Shown in pieces: positions 15,001 through 26,177 of a stretch of DNA of 64,000 nt. The stretch lies in assembly GCA_964057225.1 (NCBI GenBank), contig OZ059894.1:13082001-13146000 (forward strand). The letters run 5' to 3'. This stretch comes from Auanema rhodensis. Its lineage: Eukaryota > Animalia > Nematoda. Below the pieces are notes generated by a model, which worked only from the letters and a program-made list of their open reading frames with translations, searched no databases and was not told where the DNA came from. Position numbers and translations under genes: made by a program. Each line of letters begins with the position of its first letter. Position 1 is the stretch's first letter.

Positions 15001-18000
15001 TCCATTTTCTTCATTTAATCACGTATTTTGAAACAATCTCATATTTTTACAATAGTTTTGAAACAATTCATTCGTTCATTGAGATTTGAAACATTAAAAA
15101 CGATCTTAAGTTGAATTTTCTGATACTAAAAAAATAAAACATGGAAATATTTTATAATTTTCCAATTCATTTTACTCCATTTTCTACATTTAATCACGTA
15201 TTTTGAAACAATCTCAAATTTTTACAATAGTTTTGAAACAATTCATTCGTTCATTAAGATTTTAAACAGTGAAAAAAAAAAGTTTGAATATTTTGAAACT
15301 CAAGAAATAAAACATGAAAATATTTTATAATTTTCCAATTCATTTTACTCCATTTCCTTCATTTAATCACGTATTTTGAAACAATCTCATATTTTTACAA
15401 TAGTTTTGAAACAATTCATTCGTTCATTAAGATTTTAAACAGTGAAAAAAAAAAGTTTGAATATTTTGATACTCAAGAAATAAAACATGAAAATATTTTA
15501 TAATATTCCAATTCATTTTACTCTATTTTCTTCATTTAATCACGTATTTTGAAACAATCTCATATTTTTACAATAGTTTTGAAACAATTTATTCGTTCAT
15601 TAAGATTTGAAACATTGAAAACGATCTTAATTTGAATTTTCTGATACTAAGAAAATAAAACATGGAAATATTTTATAATTTTCCAATTCATTTTACTCCA
15701 TTTTCTTCATTTAATCACGTATTTTGAAACAATCTCAAATTTTTACAATAGTTTTGAAACAATTCATTCGTTCTGTAAGATTTTAAACAGTGAAAAAAAA
15801 AAGTTTAAATATTTTGATACTCAAGAAATAAAACATGAAAATATTTTATAATTTTCCAATTCATTTTACTCCATTTTCTTCATTTAATCACGTATTTTGA
15901 AACAATCTCATATTTTTACAATAGTTTTGAAACAATTCATTCGTTCATTAAGATTTTAAACAGTGAAAAAAAAAAGTTTGAATATTTTGAAACTCAAGAA
16001 ATAAAACATGAAAATATTTTATAATTTTCCAATTCATTTTACTCCATTTTCTTCATTTAATCACGTATTTTGAAACAATCTCATATTTTTACAATAGTTT
16101 TGAAACAATTCATTCGTTCATTAAGATTTTAAACAGTGAAAAAAAAAAGTTTGAATATTTTGAAACTCAAGAAATAAAACATGAAAATATTTTATAATTT
16201 TCCAATTCATTTTACTCCATTTTCTTCATTTAATCACGTATTTTGAATTAATCTCATATTTTTACAATAGTTTTGAAACAATTCATTCGTTCATTAAGAT
16301 TTTAAACAGTGAAAAAAAAAAGTTTGAATATTTTGAAACTCAAGAAATAAAACATGAAAATATTTTATAATTTTCCAATTCATTTTACTCCATTTCCTTC
16401 ATTTAATCACGTATTTTGAAACAATCTCATATTTTTACAATAGTTTTGAAACAGTTCATTCGTTCATTAAGATTTTAAACAGTGAAAAAAAAAAGTTTGA
16501 ATATTTTGAAACTCAAGAAATAAAACATGAAAATATTTTATAATTTTCCAATTCATTTTACTCCATTTCCTTCATTTAATCACGTATTTTGAAACAATCT
16601 CAAATTTTTACAATAGTTTTGAAACAATTCATTCGTTCATTAAGATTTGAAACATTAAAAACGATCTTAATTTAAATTTTCTGATACTAAGAAAATAAAA
16701 CATGGAAATATTTTATAATTTTCCAATTCATTTTACTCCATTTTCTTCATTTAATCACGTATTTTGAAACAATCTCATATTTTTACAATAATTTCGAAAC
16801 AAATCATCCAGTTAATAATGTTTTTAACAGTAAAGAAGTTATAATTTCAAATATTTTGATACTCAAAAAATAAAACAGGAAAATATTTTATAATTTTCCA
16901 ATTCATTTTACTCCATTTTCTTCATTTAATCACGTATTTTGAATTAATCTCATTTTTTTACAATAGTTTTGAAACAATTCATTCGTTCATTAAGATTTTA
17001 AACAGTGAAAAAAAAAAGTTTGAATATTTTGAAACTCAAGAAATAAAACATGAAAATATTTTATAATTTTCCAATTCATTTTACTCCATTTCCTTCATTT
17101 AATCACGTATTTTGAAACAATCTCATATTTTTACAATAGTTTTGAAACAGTTCATTCGTTCATTAAGATTTTAAACAGTGAAAAAAAAAAGTTTGAATAT
17201 TTTGAAACTCAAGAAATAAAACATGAAAATATTTTATAATTTTCCAATTCATTTTACTCCATTTCCTTCATTTAATCACGTATTTTGAAACAATCTCAAA
17301 TTTTTACAATAGTTTTGAAACAATTCATTCGTTCATTAAGATTTGAAACATTAAAAACGATCTTAATTTGAATTTTCTGATACTAAGAAAATAAAACATG
17401 GAAATATTTTATAATTTTCCAATTCATTTTACTCCATTTTCTTCATTTAATCACGTATTTTGAAACAATCTCATATTTTTACAATAATTTCGAAACAAAT
17501 CATCCAGTTAATAATGTTTTTAACAGTAAAGAAGTTATAATTTCAAATATTTTGATACTCAAAAAATAAAACAGGAAAATATTTTATAATTTTCCAATTC
17601 ATTTTACTCCATTTTCTTCATTTAATCACGTATTTTGAAACAATCTCATATTTTTACAATAATTTCCAAACAAATCATCCAGTTAATAATGTTTTTAACA
17701 GTAAAAAAGATATAATTTTGAATATTTTGATACTCAAGAAATAAAACATGAAAATATTTTATAATTTTCCAATTCATTTTACTCCATTTTCTTCATTTAA
17801 TCACGTATTTTGAAACAATCTCATATTTTTACAATAGTTTTGAAACAATTCATTCGTTCATTAAGATTTGAAACATTAAAAACGATCTTAATTTGAATTT
17901 TCTGATACTAAGAAAATAAAACATGGAAATATTTTAAAATTTTCCAATTCATTTTACTCTATTTTCTTCATTTAATCATGTGTCTTGAAACAATCTCAAA

Positions 18001-21000
18001 TTTTTACAATAGTTTTGAAACAATTCATTCGTTCATTAAGATTTTAAACAGTGAAAAAAAAAGTTTGAATATTTTGATACTCAAGAAATAAAACATGAAA
18101 ATATTTTAAAATTTTCCAATTCATTTTACTCTATTTTCTTCATTTAATTATGTTTCTTGGAACAATTTTAAATTTTACAATAATTTCGAAATAAATAATC
18201 CAGTTAATAATGTTTTTAACAGTAAAGTAGATATAATTTTAATTTATTTGATACTCAAAAAATGAAACATGAAAATATTTTTTAATTTTCCAATTCATTT
18301 TACTCTTTTTTCTTCATTTAATCACGTATTTTGAAACATACTCATATTTTTACAATAATTTCGAAACAAATCATCCAGTTAATAATGTTTTTAACAGTAA
18401 AGAAGTTATAATTTCAAATATTTTGATACTCAAAAAATAAAACATGAAAATATTTTATAATTTTCCAATTCATTTTACTCTATTTTCTTCATTTGATCAC
18501 GTATTTTGAAACAATCTCATATTTTTACAATAGTTTTGAAACAATTCATTCGTTCATTGAGATTTGAAACATTAAAAACGATCTTAATTTGAATTTTCTG
18601 ATACTAAGAAAATAAAACATGGAAATATTTTATAATTTTCCAATTCATTTTACTCCATTTTCTTCATTTAATCACGTATTTTGAAACAATCTCATATTTT
18701 TACAATAGTTTTGAAACAATTCATTCGTTCATTAAGATTTGAAACATTAAAAACGATCTTAATTTGAATTTTCTGATACTAAGAAAATAAAACATGGAAA
18801 TATTTTAAAATTTTCCAATTCATTTTACTCTATTTTCTTCATTTAATTATGTTTCTTGGAACAATTTTAAATTTTACAATAATTTCGAAATAAATAATCC
18901 AGTTAATAATGTTTTTAACAGTAAAGTAGATATAATTTTAATTTATTTGATACTCAAAAAATGAAACATAAAAATATTTTATAATTTTCCAATTCATTTT
19001 ACTCTATTTTCTTCATTTAATCACGTATTTTGAAACAATCTCATATTTTTACAATAATTTCGAAACAAATCATCCAGTTAATAATGTTTTTAACAGTAAA
19101 GAAGTTATAATTTCAAATATTTTGATACTCAAAAAATAAAACATGAAAATATTTTATAATTTTCCAATTCATTTTACTCTATTTTCTTCATTTGATCACG
19201 TATTTTGAAACAATCTCATATTTTTACAATAGTTTTGAAACAATTCATTCGTTCATTGAGATTTGAAACATTAAAAACGATCTTAATTTGAATTTTCTGA
19301 TACTCAAAAAATAAAACATGAAAATATTTTATAATTTTCCAATTCATTTTACTCTATTTTCTTCATTTGATCACGTATTTTGAAACAATCTCATATTTTT
19401 ACAATAGTTTTGAAACAATTCATTCGTTCATTGAGATTTGAAACATTAAAAACGATCTTAATTTGAATTTTCTGATACTAAAAAAATAAAACATGGAAAT
19501 ATTTTATAGTTTTCCAATTCATTTTACTCCATTTTCTTCATTTAATCACGTATTTTGAAACAATCTCATATTTTTACAATAGTTTTGAAACAGTTCATTC
19601 GTTCATTAAGATTTTAAACAGTGAAAAAAAAAAGTTTGAATATTTTGAAACTCAAGAAATAAAACATGAAAATATTTTATAATTTTCCAATTCATTTTAC
19701 TCCATTTCCTTCATTTAATCACGTATTTTGAAACAATCTCAAATTTTTACAATAGTTTTGAAACAATTCATTCGTTCATTAAGATTTGAAACATTAAAAA
19801 CGATCTTAATTTGAATTTTCTGATACTAAGAAAATAAAACATGGAAATATTTTATAATTTTCCAATTCATTTTACTCCATTTTCTTCATTTAATCACGTA
19901 TTTTGAAACAATCTCATATTTTTACAATAATTTCGAAACAAATCATCCAGTTAATAATGTTTTTAACAGTAAAGAAGTTATAATTTCAAATATTTTGATA
20001 CTCAAAAAATAAAACAGGAAAATATTTTATAATTTTCCAATTCATTTTACTCCATTTTCTTCATTTAATCACGTATTTTGAAACAATCTCATATTTTTAC
20101 AATAATTTCCAAACAAATCATCCAGTTAATAATGTTTTTAACAGTAAAGAAGTTATAATTTCAAATATTTTGATACTCAAAAAAAAAAACATGAAAATAT
20201 TTTATAATTTTTCAATTCATTTTACTCTATTCTCTTCATTAAATCACGTATTTTGAAACAATCTCAAATTTTTACAATAGTTTTGAAACAATTCATTCGT
20301 TCATTAAGATTTTAAACAGTGAAAAAAAAAAGTTTGAATATTTTGAAACTCAAGAAATAAAACATGAAAATATTTTATAATTTTCCAATTCATTTTACTC
20401 CATTTTCTTCATTTAATCACGTATTTTGAAACAATCTCATATTTTTACAATAGTTTTGAAACAATTCATTCGTTCATTGAGATTTGAAACATTAAAAACG
20501 ATCTTAATTTGAATTTTCTGATACTAAGAAAATAAAACATGGAAATATTTTATAATTTTCCAATTCATTTTATTCCATTTTCTTCATTTAATCACGTATT
20601 TTGAAACAATCTCAAATTTTTACAATAGTTTTGAAACAATTCATTCGTTCATTAAGATTTTAAACAGTGAAAAAAAAAGTTTGAATATTTTGATACTCAA
20701 AAAATAAAACATGAAAATATTTTAAAATTTTCCAATTCATTTTACTCTATTTTCTTCATTTAATCATGTTTCTTGGAACAATTTTAAATTTTACAATAAT
20801 TTCGAAACAAATCATCCAGTTAATAATGTTTTTAACAGTAAAGTAGATATAATTTTAATTATTTTGATACTCAAAAAATAAAACATGAAAATATTTTATA
20901 ATTTTCCAATTCATTTTACTCTATTTTCTTCATTTAATCATGTTTCTTGGAACAATTTTAAATTTTTACAATAATTTCGAAACAAATCATCCAGTTAATA

Positions 21001-24000
21001 ATGTTTTTAACAGTAAAGAAGTTATAATTTCAAATATTTTGATACTCAAAAAAAAAAACATGAAAATATTTTATAATTTTTCAATTCATTTTACTCTATT
21101 TTCTTCATTAAATCACGTATTTTGAAACAATCTCAAATTTTTACAATAGTTTTGAAACAATTCATTCGTTCATTAAGATTTTAAACAGTGAAAAAAAAAA
21201 GTTTGAATATTTTGAAACTCAAGAAATAAAACATGAAAATATTTTATAATTTTCCAATTCATTTTACTCCATTTTCTTCATTTAATCACGTATTTTGAAA
21301 CAATCTCATATTTTTACAATAGTTTTGAAACAATTCATTCGTTCATTAAGATTTTAAACAGTGAAAAAAAAAAGTTTGAATATTTTGAAACTCAAGAAAT
21401 AAAACATGAAAATATTTTATAATTTTCCAATTCATTTTACTCCATTTTCTTCATTTAATCACGTATTTTGAAACAATCTCATATTTTTACAATAGTTTTG
21501 AAACAATTCATTCGTTCATTAAGATTTTAAACAGTGAAAAAAAAAAGTTTGAATATTTTGAAACTCAAGAAATAAAACATGAAAATATTTTATAATTTTC
21601 CAATTCATTTTACTCCATTTTCTTCATTTAATCACGTATTTTGAATTAATCTCATATTTTTACAATAGTTTTGAAACAATTCATTCGTTCATTAAGATTT
21701 TAAACAGTGAAAAAAAAAAGTTTGAATATTTTGAAACTCAAGAAATAAAACATGAAAATATTTTATAATTTTCCAATTCATTTTACTCCATTTCCTTCAT
21801 TTAATCACGTATTTTGAAACAATCTCATATTTTTACAATAGTTTTGAAACAGTTCATTCGTTCATTAAGATTTTAAACAGTGAAAAAAAAAAGTTTGAAT
21901 ATTTTGAAACTCAAGAAATAAAACATGAAAATATTTTATAATTTTCCAATTCATTTTACTCCATTTCCTTCATTTAATCACGTATTTTGAAACAATCTCA
22001 AATTTTTACAATAGTTTTGAAACAATTCATTCGTTCATTAAGATTTGAAACATTAAAAACGATCTTAATTTGAATTTTCTGATACTAAGAAAATAAAACA
22101 TGGAAATATTTTATAATTTTCCAATTCATTTTACTCCATTTTCTTCATTTAATCACGTATTTTGAAACAATCTCATATTTTTACAATAATTTCGAAACAA
22201 ATCATCCAGTTAATAATGTTTTTAACAGTAAAGAAGTTATAATTTCAAATATTTTGATACTCAAAAAATAAAACAGGAAAATATTTTATAATTTTCCAAT
22301 TCATTTTACTCCATTTTCTTCATTTAATCACGTATTTTGAAACAATCTCATATTTTTACAATAATTTCCAAACAAATCATCCAGTTAATAATGTTTTTAA
22401 CAGTAAAAAAGATATAATTTTGAATATTTTGATACTCAAGAAATAAAACATGAAAATATTTTATAATTTTCCAATTCATTTTACTCCATTTTCTTCATTT
22501 AATCACGTATTTTGAAACAATCTCATATTTTTACAATAGTTTTGAAACAATTCATTCGTTCATTAAGATTTGAAACATTAAAAACGATCTTAATTTGAAT
22601 TTTCTGATACTAAGAAAATAAAACATGGAAATATTTTAAAATTTTCCAATTCATTTTACTCTATTTTCTTCATTTAATCATGTGTCTTGAAACAATCTCA
22701 AATTTTTACAATAGTTTTGAAACAATTCATTCGTTCATTAAGATTTTAAACAGTGAAAAAAAAGTTTGAATATTTTGATACTCAAGAAATAAAACATGAA
22801 AATATTTTAAAATTTTCCAATTCATTTTACTCTATTTTCTTCATTTAATTATGTTTCTTGGAACAATTTTAAATTTTACAATAATTTCGAAATAAATAAT
22901 CCAGTTAATAATGTTTTTAACAGTAAAGTAGATATAATTTTAATTTATTTGATACTCAAAAAATGAAACATGAAAATATTTTATAATTTTCCAATTCATT
23001 TTACTCTTTTTTCTTCATTTAATCACGTATTTTGAAACATACTCATATTTTTACAATAATTTCGAAACAAATCATCCAGTTAATAATGTTTTTAACAGTA
23101 AAGAAGTTATAATTTCAAATATTTTGATACTCAAAAAATAAAACATGAAAATATTTTATAATTTTCCAATTCATTTTACTCTATTTTCTTCATTTGATCA
23201 CGTATTTTGAAACAATCTCATATTTTTACAATAGTTTTGAAACAATTCATTCGTTCATTGAGATTTGAAACATTAAAAACGATCTTAATTTGAATTTTCT
23301 GATACTAAGAAAATAAAACATGGAAATATTTTATAATTTTCCAATTCATTTTACTCCATTTTCTTCATTTAATCACGTATTTTGAAACAATCTCATATTT
23401 TTACAATAGTTTTGAAACAATTCATTCGTTCATTAAGATTTGAAACATTAAAAACGATCTTAATTTGAATTTTCTGATACTAAGAAAATAAAACATGGAA
23501 ATATTTTAAAATTTTCCAATTCATTTTACTCTATTTTCTTCATTTAATTATGTTTCTTGGAACAATTTTAAATTTTACAATAATTTCGAAATAAATAATC
23601 CAGTTAATAATGTTTTTAACAGTAAAGTAGATATAATTTTAATTTATTTGATACTCAAAAAATGAAACATGAAAATATTTTATAATTTTCCAATTCATTT
23701 TACTCTATTTTCTTCATTTAATCACGTATTTTGAAACAATCTCATATTTTTACAATAATTTCGAAACAAATCATCCAGTTAATAATGTTTTTAACAGTAA
23801 AGAAGTTATAATTTCAAATATTTTGATACTCAAAAAATAAAACATGAAAATATTTTATAATTTTCCAATTCATTTTACTCTATTTTCTTCATTTGATCAC
23901 GTATTTTGAAACAATCTCATATTTTTACAATAGTTTTGAAACAATTCATTCGTTCATTGAGATTTGAAACATTAAAAACGATCTTAATTTGAATTTTCTG

Positions 24001-24599
24001 ATACTAAGAAAATAAAACATGGAAATATTTTATAATTTTCCAATTCATTTTACTCCATTTTCTTCATTTAATCACGTATTTTGAAACAATCTCATATTTT
24101 TACAATAGTTTTGAAACAGTTCATTCGTTCATTAAGATTTTAAACAGTGAAAAAAAAAAGTTTGAATATTTTGAAACTCAAGAAATAAAACATGAAAATA
24201 TTTTATAATTTTCCAATTCATTTTACTCCATTTCCTTCATTTAATCACGTATTTTGAAACAATCTCATATTTTTACAATAATTTCGAAACAAATCATCCA
24301 GTTAATAATGTTTTTAACAGTAAAGAAGTTATAATTTCAAATATTTTGATACTCAAAAAATAAAACAGGAAAATATTTTATAATTTTCCAATTCATTTTA
24401 CTCCATTTCCTTCATTTAATCACGTATTTTGAAACAATCTCATATTTTTACAATAATTTCGAAACAAATCATCCAGTTAATAATGTTTTTAACAGTAAAG
24501 AAGTTATAATTTCAAATATTTTGATACTCAAAAAATAAAACATGAAAATATTTTATAATTTTCCAATTCATTTTACTCTATTTTCTTCATTTGATCACG

Positions 24600-25000
24600 T
24601 ATTTTGAAACAATCTCATATTTTTACAATAGTTTTGAAACAATTCATTCGTTCATTGAGATATTTTAAAATTTTCCAATTCATTTTACTCCATTTTCTTC
24701 ATTTAATCACGTATTTTGAAACAATCTCATATTTTTACAATAGTTTTGAAACAATTCATTCGTTCTGTAAGATTTTAAACAGTGAAAAAAAAAAGTTTGA
24801 ATATTTTGAAACTCAAGAAATAAAACATGAAAATATTTTAAAATTTTCCAATTCATTTTACTCCATTTTCTTCATTTAATCACGTATTTTGAAACAATCT
24901 CATATTTTACAAAAAACAATCTCATATTTTTACAATAGTTTTGAAACAATTCATTCGTTCATTGAGATATTTTAAAATTTTCCAATTCATTTTACTCCAT
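24600..25000 (+). repeat. Rearranged satellite junction: two ~60-bp-deleted monomers and a short duplication
   Basis: CATTGAGA|TATTTTAAAATTTTCC occurs at ~24660 and ~24967 (the monomer's second half is missing). CATATTTTACAAAAAACAATCTCATATTTTTAC at 24901-24933 restarts the monomer. Confidence 0.85.
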
Positions 25001-25754
25001 TTTCTTCATTTAATCACGTATTTTGAAACAATCTCATATTTTTACAATAGTTTTGAAACAATTCATTCGTTCATTAAGATTTTAAACAGTGAAAAAAAAA
25101 AGTTTGAATATTTTGAAACTCAAGAAATAAAACACGAAAATATTTTATAATTTTCCAATTCATTTTACTCCATTTTCTTCATTTAATCACGTATTTTGAA
25201 ACAATCTCAATTTTTTACAATAGTTTTGAAACAATTCATTCGTTCATTAAGATTTTAAACAGTGAAAAAAAAAAGTTTGAATATTTTGATACTAAAAAAA
25301 TAAAACATGAAAATATTTTAAAATTTTCCAATTCATTTTACTCTATTTTCTTCATTTAATCACGTATTTTGAAACAATCTCAAATTTTTACAATAGTTTT
25401 GAAACAATTCATTCGTTCATTGAGATTTTAAACAGTGAAAAAAAAAGTTTGAATATTTTGATACTCAAGAAATAAAACATGAAAATTTTTTATAATTTTC
25501 CAATTCATTTTACTCTATTTTCTTCATTTAATCATGTTTCTTGGAACAATTTTAAATTTTTACAATAATTTCGAAACAAATCATTCATTTAATAATGTTT
25601 TTAACAGTAAAGAAGATATAATTTTAAATATTTTGATACTCAAAAAATAAAACATGAAAATATTTTAAAATTTTCCAATTCATTTTACTCTATTTTCTTC
25701 ATTTAATCATGTTTCTTGGAATAATTTTAAATTTTACAATAATTTCAAAACAAA

Positions 25755-25758
25755 TCAT
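25755..25758. other. Target-site duplication TCAT, left copy
   Basis: ...CAAATCAT|TG... and ...CA|TCATCCAG... The empty site CAAATCATCCAG is seen in sister monomers (e.g. 33222-33233). Confidence 0.88.
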
Positions 25759-26166
25759 TGTGATGGTTTTGGCGTACTGCGAATGTAATTTTGAAAGTTT
25801 GACTTTAGAAAAGCCCTTTATTAAAAGAAGAAACTCAAAAAATTAAACAGAACCAATACAAATATTAAAACTAAATGCTGTAACTCAATAATGAGCTATT
25901 ATAAGAAAAAAAAAGTGTGTGTGTATTACGACCCCTAGTTATAACTTGTAAAATAATAAAAAGAAGAAAAGGAACAAAAAGAATAGGTTTCCTTTAAAGC
26001 AACGACGATTCGGACCTTCAGAGAGCAGTCACAGTCTAGATAACTGACTATAGAGCTACAGGCATCCCTTATATAGTATAGAAAGAGCGGGAAAACACCT
26101 GGTCAACGAGATCAAATATATATAAAAAGTGGAATCGATATACTAGTCGTATATTTAACTACAACA
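25759..26166 (-). repeat. 3' LTR (408 bp)
   Basis: Direct repeat of 31949-32356 (offset 6190 bp). It begins 11 nt after the ORF stop codon. Confidence 0.96.
25817..25822 (-). terminator. Putative polyadenylation signal AATAAA in the 3' LTR
   Basis: TTTATT on + equals AATAAA on the sense strand, ~58 nt before the LTR end and downstream of the TATA/Inr. This fits U3-R-U5 order. Confidence 0.6.
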
Positions 26167-26176
26167 TGGGGGGGGG
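26167..26176 (-). other. C9-A tract occupying the position of the polypurine tract
   Basis: The sense strand reads TAA-A-CCCCCCCCC-A|TGTTGTAG (+ strand TGGGGGGGGG at 26167-26176). The sequence is certain; its function is unknown. Confidence 0.6.
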
Positions 26177-26177
26177 T

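Larger units (their letters stand above)
1..25758 (+). repeat. AT-rich tandem satellite array, ~174-bp monomer (left arm; continues beyond window start)
   Basis: The motif AAAACATG(A/G)AAATATTTT recurs every 172-175 bp (e.g. CATG at 12, 185, 358, 533; 9401 to 9574 = 173 bp). Three monomer classes differ in the second half: A (ACAGTG-A9/10-GTTTG, 172-173 bp), B (GATTTGAAACATTAAAAACGATCTT, 175 bp) and C (AAATCATCCAGTTAATAATG, 174-175 bp). Confidence 0.98.

Noticed and set aside
2286-25150. Short + strand ORFs in the satellite (2286, 2675, 3719, 20940, 24604, 24941; also 47718)
   Set aside because: Chance stop-free stretches of satellite monomers with F/I/N/K-rich translations. They arise from single SNPs or deletions in the repeat and show no gene context.
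25754-25758. 5-bp TSD ATCAT
   Set aside because: It would need the element to end in ...AAC instead of the canonical CA. The 4-bp TCAT keeps TG...CA termini, though the one-base ambiguity cannot be fully excluded.
26167-26176. Element actually oriented on + with TGGGGGGGGG as its PBS
   Set aside because: The ORF, TATA/Inr, AATAAA and the longer tRNA-like PBS all lie on the minus strand, and the + orientation also lacks a PPT before the right LTR.
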